A stretch of 64,000 bases of DNA from Chrysomallon squamiferum. Its lineage: Eukaryota > Animalia > Mollusca. How positions within the stretch are numbered: the first letter of the stretch is position 1; every line of letters begins with the position of its first letter. The notes below the pieces were generated by a model. That model had not been told where the DNA came from. It ran no database searches and was given only the letters and a program-made list of their open reading frames with translations. Where the stretch lies: the NCBI GenBank assembly GCA_012295275.1, contig CM022671.1, positions 6,510,001 to 6,574,000 of the forward strand, written 5' to 3'. This document shows, one piece after another, positions 42,766 to 56,767 of the stretch. Position numbers and translations under genes: made by a program.

Positions 42766-44024
42766 ACCACAACAGATCAAATGATCACTTATCTTTTAAG
42801 CAAAAAAAAAAAAATAATAAAAAATAGAAAATAATAAATAAAAAATAAATAAACATTCATTAATCAGCCATTACTCACTAATACAAATGGTTTTGGGCGC
42901 ATGTTCAAATAAATGACATATCTATCTTGTTAATCAAAAATATATTTTACAGTAAAGACATTTTTACCTGCAGAATAAGTAAAATGTATCATGAAGTGTG
43001 TTAATTTTTATTTGATTTACATGTCTGTTTATAAACACACACACACATTAAAAATTTCATTCACTTTTAAAAAATGTGTGCTATAACTAGTTCATTTGAA
43101 ATTTATTTATTTAAAATTGTAATTCATTTATTTTATGAATGTGTGTACATACAATATCCATACATTCATAAACACTTTCCAAACAATCACTTTAATGAAA
43201 CGTAACTATTTTACATACAGCCAAAGAAATTAAACAAATTTAAAAAAAAAATGATAGTTTTTTTGGTTCTGAATGTATGTTTGAATGTGTGTATATGCAT
43301 GCATATGTGCATGTACTTTTTAGAGGTTTATATTAACTTTGATTAAAGCATAATAGACAAAGGTTTAAAAATCACTGGTATCTCAATCAGCACAGATAAG
43401 CCATGATAAAAATTGATAATCATATTTCTGCGTAAGCACTGAATTTCTGATTTCGCAAACAATCCCTGATTTCAGAGAAATGCGTGGAAGGAAGGTTATA
43501 CAAAAATGAGAGAAATGAGTCCATACACTGCGAGACAAACACAAAAATAAATAAATCAATGTGAACGTTCAATTTTGTGGTATAACAGCTGGGGTTTGTA
43601 AAAGGTAAAGATGAACAGTTGTGGGGATAACAGCATCAAGTCAAAACCAACATTCACTAACCCAGACCTTCTGCAGGACGAGCAACAGCAAAAAGGAAAA
43701 AAAAAAAAATAATGAAAAAAAATATTTTAAAAATTTAAGAAAAAAAAAAAAAAAAGAAATTCATTTTCCTGCAATACAAAACAACAAAAAACTTTGTTAG
43801 TTCTTTTGTAAGTAATTAGAAAATGAAACTGTACTGTCTGAAGCATACAAAAGATTTTTAATGAAAAAAAAAAAAAAAAATTTTTTTTAAATAAGTTGAA
43901 CAGAATGACACAGAAAGAGAAATGGCAATATTTCACTTTTAAAAATTAATATATATTTATTGTTTTATCAGAAATAAATTATTTAAATTCAGATGCTCAG
44001 GTGTAAAATATATCTATGTAATTT

Positions 44025-44258
44025 AAATTATTTAAATAAAAAATCTGACCATCTCATGTATAAAATATAAATTATTTAAATAAAAAATCTGACCATCTCA
44101 TGTATAAAATATAAATTATTTAAAAAATATAAATTATTTAATAAAAAAACTGACCATCTCATGTATAAAATATAAATTATTTAAATAAAAAATGACCTGC
44201 CCATGTATAAAATATGAATTATTTTAATTAAAAAAAACTGACCTGCTCATGTATAAAA
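44025..44258. repeat. ~45-bp minisatellite just downstream of the eIF4H stop
   Basis: Five copies of aaattatttaaataaaaaatctgaccatctcatgtataaaatat-like unit. Confidence 0.85.
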
Positions 44259-44266
44259 CACAGGTG

Positions 44267-46453
44267 CTATTGCTGGCTGCTTTCACTGGTTGTTCGACTT
44301 CTCTGCTGACCATCAGCGGCAACATCGATCTTGTCTCGTGGTTTGCCGAGTCCAAAAATACTCGAATTGCGTTCTGTGTGTACAACGTCGTTCACTGGGT
44401 CTTTCACTGACCGTGGTAAAAGTTTTAACTTGGGTCTTTGCGATGCAGATTCTGAAGAGGTATCAGAGTGTCAGTGAAAACAAACAGTTTGTGGATAGCA
44501 GACGAAGTGTGACATGACACATAGTATGAAAAGTAAGACAGACAATCGCGAATAGCTTCTACTACATATAACTGAGGACAAATGCAAGATAATTAAATCA
44601 CTATTCCTCTACACTTAGCACTGTGAAATCTCTGGACTATCCAACAGACAGGAAAAAAACACACTGCCAACACGATGTATTTGTACACAGGTAAAGTGAA
44701 AAACGTAAATTTGAACATACCTGGTGATGGTTCTCTGAACTCTGGAGCTCCTCCACTATCCTGTCTTGACCGACGTCCAAATCCACCCCTGTCTTGACCC
44801 CTGTCTTGACCCCGGTCAAACCCACCACCTCTGTCAAATCTCTCGTATCCACCACCACCACCACGTTGCTCGAACCCACCCCGATCAAAGCCCCCTCTTG
44901 CTCTGTATCCCCCTCGGGCTCTTGGTGGGCCCCCTTGAAAGTCTCTACTGAATTCACCTCCACCCCGCCCGCCTCTTCCACCTCTCCCTCCTGAAAACAA
45001 AGCAATATTTAAAATATAATAATCTGGGCAAAATATAAATATATGACAATTTTTTAATTTCTCATAATATGTTGTGGGTCTTTCTAATTATTATTATGGT
45101 AATGTATTAAAACTTTTGTTACAACATTTGTGACAATGTTAGACAGGAATGAAATAATTGAAAACATGCACAGAGACTGAAAGAAAGAGAAAGAGAAAAT
45201 GTAAGTGAGAGAGACAAACACAGAAACAGAGTGTGAGTTATTACCTTTATTGTTCTGTCTTCCTTCTGCTACATCCACTCTGAGATTTCGATCTTCAAAC
45301 AACTAAAAAATATATATATATATTTTTTTTAATGTATTTATGGGTAAATATATAGTAAAATCAAAAGGTAAGTCAGTATCAATATTAAAATTAAATGATA
45401 TATGATTATGAAAAACATAACTCAAATGCTATCTGTTCTGAACTTATCAAGTGGTTACAAGTAAATGAAAACTGAAAATGCCAACTGTAACTCAGAAATT
45501 AATTAATTTTTTTTTTTATTTTTTTTTTAGATTTTTCATTCAGCAACAAATCCACTGGTAAAAATAAATAAAATAAATAAAAACAAAATATAAAAAATAA
45601 AAATTTAGTCAGATATTTTTTCAATATTGTTACGACAAACATGTTTTAATTAACACATAGCCAGTAAACATAATGAACTGTAACTAGACAGAAGAACATT
45701 TGTAAATGATTTTCATTAATTATTTACTACATGTTAAAATCAAAATTACAAACAGTAGATATTAAAATCTCATGTCTAAATAGTTCCATTACTTGGTGTA
45801 TAAAATTAAAAATAAAAAAAAAAAAATTATTTAACAAATAAATAAATTTAAAAGAATTAAAAAAACATTTAAAAAAAAAAAAAAATATTTTATACTGAAA
45901 GAAATATTTTATTTAATAAATAAATAAATAAATAAATATTATATATGGAATTTAAAAGAAATATATTAAGTTCAGATTTTTTTTTAAATTATTTGATTTA
46001 AGTCCAAGAACATTGGATATTCCGAAAGAAATATTTAACTCTAGCAAAACTTACAAACACAATTCTGTCATGGAACTTCCACCAGAAAATAAATATATTC
46101 TGTCCTTGAGACAAACTACTTTATAATTCTATTTAATTGCAGGCAAACCTGGATTAAAATGACACCATACTGTATATCAGTTGTATAGAAAAAGACTGAA
46201 TGAAATAATTGTTAGAAAACTCCTTGATTAAGTGGGAATAGTTAAAGAGATACCAAATGAAGCCCAATACAAAAGATTAACAAAAACCAAATAAAACAGT
46301 AACTTTCAAAAAATAAATATAAAATAATAACAATAATTGCAACTAAGTTTTAATTAACTTACGATAATGTGTTAGATAAATATAAAATTAAAAGCTATAA
46401 AGGAAAATAAAACATTAATTCTTTTGGAGAGATATCTTGGCAAAATCTTCATC

Positions 46454-46498
<45 letters not shown>

Positions 46499-49164
46499 AA
46501 ATAAGAAAATAATTTTTAAAAATTCAATATATAAAACATTTTGTTAATAATATGTACTATTATTTTTTGAAACATACCATACAACAAATACATTTACATT
46601 TTTGGTTTGGAGAAACTGTTCAAAGGTCTTTCTAATTAAAATTAATAAGTAGTAAGTAAATATTAAAACAAATTATTTACAAAAGGAATTTGAAATATAA
46701 CCACTGTGATATCAACAAAGAGGTCTTGTTTTTCTCAGATTCAACCACTGATAACTAAACAAGATAAAAAAAAGTCTGTAAGTTGCCTCCATATTTGTTT
46801 GATGTTGTTAACAAAACACGAATGTGTAACAGACTGATTTTCTTCTTTCTCTTCATGACTGAACTTTACATCTGTCCAGGGTTTCTTTTATATTACTATT
46901 AACAAAATGTTTTCCTGAAAACAGAGTAAAGAGAAACGGCCATGTCTGATTGTGGTCTGATGCATTGTAACAGAAACATTAAATATGTACTCACCGCTCC
47001 ATCATACGTGAGTGCTTCTTTCAGGGATTCAATGTCATCAAACTCAACATAAGCGAAACCTGAAACAAAAAATATTATTTATTCTGTTAATAACTGCTAA
47101 AACTCTACTCCAGTTTAATAAACTTAAGCAACAAAAGAGCTGTAGCTAAATTTATTATTTTTCACTATTAGTTATATTTCTCTATTTCCTAGCTTACTGT
47201 CAGTGAATTCAGTTAAGTAAACTGTAAATCAGACATAAAAAAAAAATGTTAAAATAAAAAACATTCTTCTCAGACTGATGAAGATTTTAGCATTTTAGAC
47301 TTTCTGATGAAGTCGTCATTGTCTGACCTAGTGTGTTAGAGCCAGTGATACATGTCAGTGTGTTAGTGAAGTAATCTGGTATCAATTTACACAGCTAGTA
47401 ACATGCAGACATCAGTAGAAATCTGGAATTCTACACACCACTGGACAAGTTATTTAACATTTGTTAATTACCTTTAAATCTGTCAGTTTCTTTATCTCTT
47501 ACAAGACGAACGCTTCTTACCTGTGAGAAAATACAAAACAAACTCACAAATGAAGAAAACAGTTTCTCTATGTTGTCAGGAAATGATTTTCACGTAGCAT
47601 ATTAAAGATTTGAAAAAATATTAATCTCTGGAAACATGAGAATACTACATACAGAATGTGGAAAAAATTAAAACAAAAATCTTTTCAAATATTTCATTTT
47701 AGTTTTAGCTGTATTTGTAATCAATATAAACTTTACTCGTATCTGTGCTGATGTGAGAAATATCATTAATAAGTGTCCCTGGACAAAATCTACTGATTTC
47801 TAACCAGTCCTGAAACAGTGTAATTGTTTTTATGCATTTTCTTCATTATTCCAGCCCTTTTAATAGAAAACACTGCTGCATTTTCATTCTTATGGCAAAC
47901 AAACCTCTATTTCATTATAGATCTCACAGTAACACCTAACTAGAATTTTTATAAATTTAATTTCTGATTTATGAAGTCATTACATAAAACTATTTAATTA
48001 TTTAAAAGACCATTTATCAAAGTACATGTATAAAATACTTACTTTTAAATCTTTAAAAATGATTTCTAAATCTCCCTGCACGACTCCATGTGGCAGGTTA
48101 CCGATGTATATCGTGTACGGTGGTTCTGTTGGCATTTGTTTCTGTCCTCTTCCTCCTCCCCCTCTGCCATAACTACCCTGCCCCCTATCACCATAACCTC
48201 GGTCGTAACCGCCACCATAACTTCTCTGGTTATATCCATCATCTCTAAAAAAAGAAATAGAAAAATGAAAACACAAGTTGAATTCAAAATATAAAAACCA
48301 CCTACACATACTGATAAGCACAAACAGCTAATTTATTTAGAAATATTTACCAGTCATATCTATGTAGTTTGACTTATTAATGTAAATTATACACATACAA
48401 CAATTCTGTAATTAAATTTGCATGTGTAACAAAACAAAAATAAAGCTATAAATAAATCTTTAACCTCAATTTTGAATGCATTTTACATGAAAACTGACAG
48501 ACATAAATCGCATAAAATTATAATTTTCTTGCAGTCGATGAAGCTGCAGCTGTAACCACTCGCTTGCAACTCTTAGATAACAAAGTAAAATAAAAGTACA
48601 AAACTGAAAGCAGACTAAAGTTAAAATATAAATACTACAGACCATAATCTAAAATTAAATCCATGAATTTTATTATTCGCTAGTGCTAATAACCTAAATT
48701 AATATTTTACAAATTATACAGATGTAACTTCTACTTTCAGTATCTGAACTTTGAATACGATTAAATATCTAAGAATAATAAGACGGAGAACAAGTTGACC
48801 TAATCACTGTTAATGACGTATAATCCTCGAAGGACTCTACTAGCAAAATATCGATAAGGCAAATAATTAAAATTATAGCAGAATTATTTTTAAATGTTTA
48901 TTTTTTTTTAAAAACGCCGCGAACGTGATAATGAACATGCAGCATCAACATGTGAATGTTTGATCAAAACGAAATTAGAATGGACTCGGCACGCACATGT
49001 TTTCAAAAGATTAATCTTCAACTAAATGCATTAATTTAAAGTATGAATACGAAACACAAAAGTTTACTACATTCAACAAAGTGTAATACACATAAATTCC
49101 AGTACTACTGCTACGTTCTGAACTAATAATGTTTACTGTACCCTCGTGAGTCGTAATCGGCCAT
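44267..49164 (-). CDS. EIF4H: Eukaryotic translation initiation factor 4H, 7 exons, 283 aa
   Basis: Exons 49164-49142, 48244-48043, 47520-47472, 47059-46995, 45302-45245, 44990-44721, 44451-44267 (852 nt, all GT-AG, phases consistent). Protein: MADYDSR..PTEPPYTIYIGNLP (RNP2)..VRLVRDKETDRFKGFAYVEF (RNP1)..LRVDVAEGR, RGG-rich region, RPKLKLLPRSV, SIFGLGKPR. Confidence 0.95.
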
Positions 49165-50219
49165 GTTCATTGAAACTCATAGAGCTTCCGGCATGACATG
49201 CGTACATCTGACATATTTCTTAAATGCTATTATCCTAAAGAACACTCACAATTAATAAATAAGTAGACATATAAGAATCATCTATGAAATCTTTATGGCA
49301 TTGGCGTTTAATCTGTCAGAAATTCGATTCTGAGTCTTAATCAAAATAAACGCGGAATTATACATCGGTTTATCTCTGTAATAACGAAACTGGCTGAACT
49401 GAATTTGTAAGACAAGTTTGGTATATTGATACATAGTATTATATGCTGTTGACAGAAAATCGTTTGGTATTAAGAAATAATAACAACATGTTTTTTTTTC
49501 GTTCTAATAACGTTTTAAAAAATATTTTTCATGGTATAGTTACCAGCAAAGATATTTGATTTGGCCTTGAAAACACATACATCATCATCATCCTTGGTAT
49601 ACACATAGCTATAAAACGACAATTATTATTGTTGTTCTTGTGACATGAGAAGATATTTTGTTGCGTATGCAATCTTCATTTAAAACAATTCTAATCAAAT
49701 TGAGAAATGATAAAATGGTGATGTAAAAGATGACATTCTTTCACAGTGCCTGTCTTCAGATTTATTCAGGATCTGACAAGGAATCAGAATTTATCAAAAT
49801 AAAAATACATAATCAAGAACGAAATAATAATTCAGCATGTTTGTTTATTAATAGGTTATGTCAGTGACATTATTGTGTAAGACAGGAAACACAAAAAATG
49901 CCAGTCAGAAACTTTCTGTATACAGCATCAGCATCCTACCTGTTGTTACCCAACAAACAGGTGCACATATACCAAACCCTAATAACAGAGTACTAGTCAG
50001 AACAGGAACTAGACAGATACAGTGAGTTTATACTTGTAATACTGAATGATGAAAACACTACAACATAGATAATTAGCTAAACTGATGTACATTTTAATAC
50101 CTACACAGATTATGTTCATGTTTCCATATGTATTACACATATGCACACAAATTATATGGACATACACACACAATTTACATTGATGTAGCTACATATATAT
50201 CTCTATACATACAAACCTA

Positions 50220-50221
<2 letters not shown>

Positions 50222-50272
<51 letters not shown>

Positions 50273-50320
50273 AACACAAATGTATCTATATACATCAAAC
50301 ACACATTCATGGAACTACAC

Positions 50321-50372
<52 letters not shown>
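50222..50372. repeat. (CA)n microsatellites
   Basis: Two CA tracts. Confidence 0.9.
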
Positions 50373-50374
<2 letters not shown>

Positions 50375-51596
50375 TGACACACCATACCATACAAACACTA
50401 CATACATGCATCATACACATTTTACAGACACACACACTGTTCCAGAGATAAAATACAAAATAGGTAGGTAGTTAGACAAGATTAGATAGATAAAAAATAA
50501 AATTCAAGAACAAAGTTCACTGCAAGAATTGTTTTAATAAATCAAATATTATTTTTGAATATTTCAGACAAGAACATATTGATTGGTGTTCAACAACTGT
50601 AAACAAGATCACACAGTACAGAAATGAGTTTTCTATGTAAACATACTACTGAACAAAAGTGTATATATCATTATTATCAATTCACTGTTATTATGCCTTC
50701 ATCTACAAATAAAGCCAAGGAAACAATATCTTTAAATTAACAACAAAAACAAAAAGAAAAGAAAAAAACAAAAAAAAAAAAAAAAACATTAACAAAAAAA
50801 TTAAAAATACTAACAATAATAATAATAATAATAAAATATATATAAAGCAAACTCACAAAATCAAGAAAACATTTCCTGTATGTGACAGAAGAATAAATAA
50901 ATAAATAAAATGTATTAATGATAATAATAAATAATAAAGTTATAAAAAAAGGTTATAAAGAGGCACACTAGTGTAGATATGCTTTTGTGAAACAGTTTAT
51001 TACTCAACATTAAATAACAAAATAATAAAAAATATTTAAATAAAAATTTGAACTATCTACTAGTCCTTTGTAAACACTGGTAAGTCAAAACATAAAATCA
51101 ATACCTGTTGTATCACATCTGTTTATCACTTAACTTGATCATCACTTTATACTGAAAAACACAAACACTTTTAAAACATCTCTTCTGCTTATTAAAATGT
51201 TACATAAAGTGAATTTTTGCATATTCATTTACTTTTTTTTTTTTATTTAAGAACATGAAATAAATATATAATTAAAAATTTGAAAAAAAAGGAAATAAAT
51301 ACATTTTACCACTACCAAATATCAATACATTTTACCCTGTTGAAACCACCCCACTAAAACACATGTATACATTTAACAAGATACAACACTTATGTTGAAG
51401 TTTCATCATATAGCATGTATGAAAAACTTTGGATATAACTGTCCAAACTGCTGAAAGCCTCAAACATTTCCAGTTCCAATCTTTTTCTTCTTTAGTATTA
51501 AATATTCTAAACTCTACAATATATATTTTAATATTTATTTGTGTTTGTTTAAAATACCTAGTCATGAGAAGTAATAAATTCTAGTAATCCAGTTGA

Positions 51597-51631
<35 letters not shown>

Positions 51632-51769
51632 CAGGACCTTAACATTCCCTCCTTTTCAGAAATCAACACCTGAATTATATTTAAATGAATATATATGTAA
51701 TTAAAAAATATATATTTAAAAAAACATGGAAATAAAAAGAAAGAAAATAATGAATGTTACCTGACTATA

Positions 51770-51805
<36 letters not shown>

Positions 51806-54800
51806 AAAGTCATACCAGTAATTAATAAATTAAAAAAAGTAATTAACTCTGTTTATTAGTTACAAAGAAGAAAACTTGTACAGAAACAAGAAAATGTTTC
51901 TACTCAGAATTTGCAGAAGGCAAGAAACACCATTACCAAAGGAAAGAAAGAAAATTAAAATAAACGTATAAAAATTTAATCAATTTGTGCTTGATTATAA
52001 TGAAAGAAGCTGGGCAGTATTTTCAAGTATAACATAAATGCAAAATTACAAAAAAAAAAAAAAAAAAGAACCAAAAGAAACCCAAACTATCAAGTGATAT
52101 GTAACTGAAATACGGAAAACCTGAATACCACAAATAATTTTACTTCTGAATATTTCCATTAGATTATAATGTACAAACTAACAATACAAACTAACAGTAG
52201 GAGATGCTCACTGATCAAAGTTAAATTCACCTGAATAAGGAATGTTTTTGTACTAAATTGAATATGAATTTATTCATACTGATTCACATATTGTCAGTAT
52301 ACTTTTATTTCTTTATGTAGGAATATTTCTAATCATCTGAATAATTTTTTTTTATTAAATCACAAAGTTTGAAATTATCACAAAAGATTATTCAGGTCAC
52401 TTATTCAGCAAATTCACACTATCAGAAAGATTTTATTCATAAATCTGTAAAAGAAATGTTAAGTCACAAAAACCAAAACCAAAAAAACCCCCAAAATTTG
52501 AATAAAACTTTTCATTCACAAAACATGAATTCATCCAAATATTTTCATTTATCCAAGATAATGTCATCAACTAAACATGTAATCGACCTAAACAGGGAAG
52601 TTTATTTTTTTAAAATGTTATACAAAATCTGAATATGAAAAGTTAAATTCTCAATTAAAAAAATTAATAAAAAAAAGGGTTTAAAACATGTGGTTACATT
52701 TGAAATAAATACAAAAATAATAATTACTTACATCTTTAATCTGATATTAATTACAGCTGTAGTAATAAGTACATCATATATAACATGAACTAATCCAACA
52801 GTAAACTCTTCCATTGCATCTGTTATGTTACCAGTCAGAATGTAACAATTATTACACATTCAGTGTTGTGTTACACTAACAGCTGAAACTGTTACATTTG
52901 TTGTGTAGCACAAGAATTGTCTGAAAGACAGTTACAAGATAATAAGGCAGTACTATTTTTATTATGTGTCAATTCTGAAAATTAAAAAAATATTTCAAAT
53001 TGCAAATTTGATATTTTGAAAATATAACAAATTCTTTTACCAAAAAAAAAAAATAAAAAAAAAACATTCAGATCAAAGCATCCATTTTAAAAACTGATTT
53101 AACTTTTGAAAAGAAAGTAAAATATATACAAAGATATGCAAAACAGATAAAAGAAAACTAAATTATATAGTTTAACATTACAAGTTTTTGATATAAAATC
53201 AGAACAACAGCATGTTCTACTGTTTACAAATCAGCAAAATCAATTACAGAAATTTTTTTAATTAGCAGCAGATATTAAATTATGGAAGACAATTAAAGAA
53301 ATACACCTTTGATGTGTTCAGTTAGTTCTGTTTTAAAATGGAAAAACAAAAATAAAATAAATTCATTTTAATTTCTATGACCCAGCATACCAGTATATTT
53401 TGTAATTTCGATTATGTAACATACACATCTCTAAGTTCTAATATATACAAATTAAAGTAACACAAAGCAATCAACAAAGCATGTGTAAAATTCATTTTTC
53501 ATTCAGTTTATTTATAATGAGCAAATCACTGTTCAGGTAACAAAACATCTGCAAAATTATGCAGAATTATCCTACATTTTGACTGAATAGTAAACAATTC
53601 AGCAATGTCTAATTAAAAAGCCAAATTAATTATTTTTGTTACTACGGTTACATCTAGCGGATTAACACAGACTAGAAAGAAATGCACCTACAAAACTGTC
53701 TACTATTCACTGATCAGCAAGATATGCAGAGGATTATAATCCACTCTTGTATGTAACTGTACACTGCTTAGTATGAATATCTGCAACACCAGACTGTGTC
53801 AGCCCACACAATAGTCTGAACAAATTGGTATGAATATATTCAACTAGACAATCTTTCATATACATCTCTCTTCAGATCAAATGTTTTCTTATACTATTCA
53901 GTTTGTTTCAGAACTGCAGCCAATACTCCTCCTAGCTGTTGAAAGTTCAGAACTCTGCTTGCTGGATGAAGTCAGTTCTGAACTGTGTCATTCAGTCACA
54001 CAGTAGGAGATGACACTCTAAGTCTGCTTATTTAAAAACAAGGTTAGTAATGGTTGAAAAAAGATAAAAACATAAAGATGCAGGATATATAACAGTGAGA
54101 AAAGAAAAATGGCAAAAATTATGAGACAATAGCAGTTTCTAATTAGACAGGACTAGAGATTCAGAATGTTTTGTAAAAAAAACCACAAAAACAAATACAA
54201 AAACAAAAACAAAAAAAAAAAAAAATAAAAAAACAAAAACAAATGAAAGGTGCAAAAAACAAAAATGTTAATTCAGAATATTAATTTTTCAAAAAAAACA
54301 AACAAAAAAAAACGTAAGTGATGTACAATATGTTTATAAAATAATAATAATTTTTTTTTAAAAGTGAGAGAGAAAGAAAAGAGAAAAAGGTGAAGACCTA
54401 TCTGAAGAAAAAAAAAAGGTTGACACAAAAATTAATGAAGCCAGCACATATTGTTCAAGCAGTGAATGAATACAAAACATGATTAATATATAGTATGAAA
54501 TCAAAATTAGTTAAATTTTCACATACTTGTATCTACATTTTTTTTGTGCTATTTTAACAAATATTTTTAAAATTCAAGTGATTCAAATGACAGAACTATA
54601 AATATATATTCTTTTACTCTGTGTAAAAATCTACCCACTGAATTCATGTGTATTTTTCAAGCTGTATAACCAAATTTTTTTTATTATGTTTATCCTAATC
54701 AAACAGAATTTTATTTTTTTGCACGTAAACTGACAGTTGTTTTTCTATTTTGATTTAAAAAATAAATTACAGGAAGATTCTACTTTGTCACTGATGAACA

Positions 54801-55456
54801 AATTGTATTTGAACTACTTCAAATAAAAAATGTACCACATATAATTACATTGTATGCTTCTTTTCTCAAATTATTTTTATCTATTTATATTATTCTTCTT
54901 ATTATTTTTATACATATTTATTTAATAAAGCTGAACTCTAAAAATAAAAATAACAAAATAAAAAATAGAAAAAGAAATTGTTACCATTATTATTATTTTT
55001 ATTTTGTTTTTACTAATTTAAAGCATATTTCTAAGTTTTAAGAAGTAATATTTTTGATAGCTTTGATAAAATACAAGCAGAATACATTTTGTGATCTATA
55101 TAAAAATTATTGTCCAAATGGAAAAATGGAATTATGAATAATAAAAACAATGAAAATGCATTTTAACTCACAAATCGTTAAATGTATGAAATGCAAAGTA
55201 ACAAGGCACCAAAAAAAAAAAAAAATTATATGGTGACCAAAAAATACATCCAAAAATAAAATTTAAATACAAAATGGAATTACCCCCATTAACAAACTGA
55301 TCTACCTTTTTTGTATATCAGTTTTGTGATAGATATTATTAAAATCACATAAGCAAGCAAGCGAGTGTTCAGCCAATCTGTGCTGTAAGTGAAATAAGAA
55401 TATGTTGTTGAGAAAATAGTTTTCAATTCTCAAACTCTCCCATCTTTTTGTTGTCA

Positions 55457-55493
<37 letters not shown>

Positions 55494-55561
55494 ATGTCCA
55501 GCAAATAAAGGCTCAGAAAAACAATTTTGAACTTGTTTCACTGCTGTAACTTTCCCTGAAT

Positions 55562-56725
55562 TTATTCCCGTTGGTAAGAGTGACCTCCCTTGATTCCACC
55601 CCACTCCAGTATTTGTTTGTCTGGGTTCTCATTCCAGTCTCCTGTTTCAACGTGGAGCTAGAAAAATAAAAAATACACACACAAAAAATTTAACTTTTTA
55701 AACATTTTAAATTAAACTAACAAAGTGATCAGTATTAATCTATGTGGAACATGCGTGGGTTTTTTGTTATTTAAAAACTGTATCACAAAACGTAATCTAA
55801 GATATTCCAATTTAATGAGTATGTATGTAGAAAGAAGTACAGATGTAAAAGAATATTAATATTTGTATACATGAAGCATGTCTTTGTGTAATGACATAAA
55901 TATGAGTGTAGACACATATTTACATATGTGTGTAATAGTTAATACACAACAGTCTATGTTTATATACAAGTGTAACTGTGTTTATGTAAAAGTGTGTAAC
56001 TGTTTATATAAAAATGTTTCTGTTTATATAAAGGTGTAATTTTATATAAAAGTATGCCTGTGTTTATATAAAAGTGTGTAAAAGTTTATATAAAAAATGT
56101 AACTGTTTACATAAAAATATGTAACTGTGTTTATATAAACTGTGTTTATATAACTGTGTTTATATAAAAGTGTATCTGTGTTTATATAAAAGTGTATCTG
56201 TGTTTATATAAAAAGTGTGTAACTGTTATGTGTGTTTATATAAAAGTGTAACTATGTTTATATAAAACTATTTACATAAATGTGTAACTGTTATATACAA
56301 AGATGTAGCTGTGTTATATTAAAGTGTAACTATGTTTTTATTAAAGTGTAACAGTGTTTATATAAAAGTGTAACTATGTTTATATAAAACGGTAACTATG
56401 TTTATATAAAAGTGTAACTGTGTTTAAATAAAAGTGTAACTGTGTTCTATGTTTTATAAAATGGTATAACAAAGATGTAACTGTGGTGTTATGTTTTTAT
56501 TAAAGTGTAACTGTGTTTATATAAAACATTAACTGGGTTTATATAGAAGTGTGTAAAGTTACTTTTCTCTGAGCACATCTCTGTATGTCTTTTGCCTCCC
56601 ACTGTTTCTGCATCATCTGTGCTTCAACAGCATTGGCTCCTCCACATCCCCACACCTGTAATACACACACACAAACACATAACTTGAATTATTAATTCAC
56701 ATATCAATACACAATACTGTAATTA

Positions 56726-56767
<42 letters not shown>

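Noticed and set aside
47265-47330. C/D-box snoRNA-like motif (ATGACGA...CTGA) in eIF4H intron 3
   Set aside because: Imperfect C box, short spacing, D box buried in the putative stem, no guide target I can identify.
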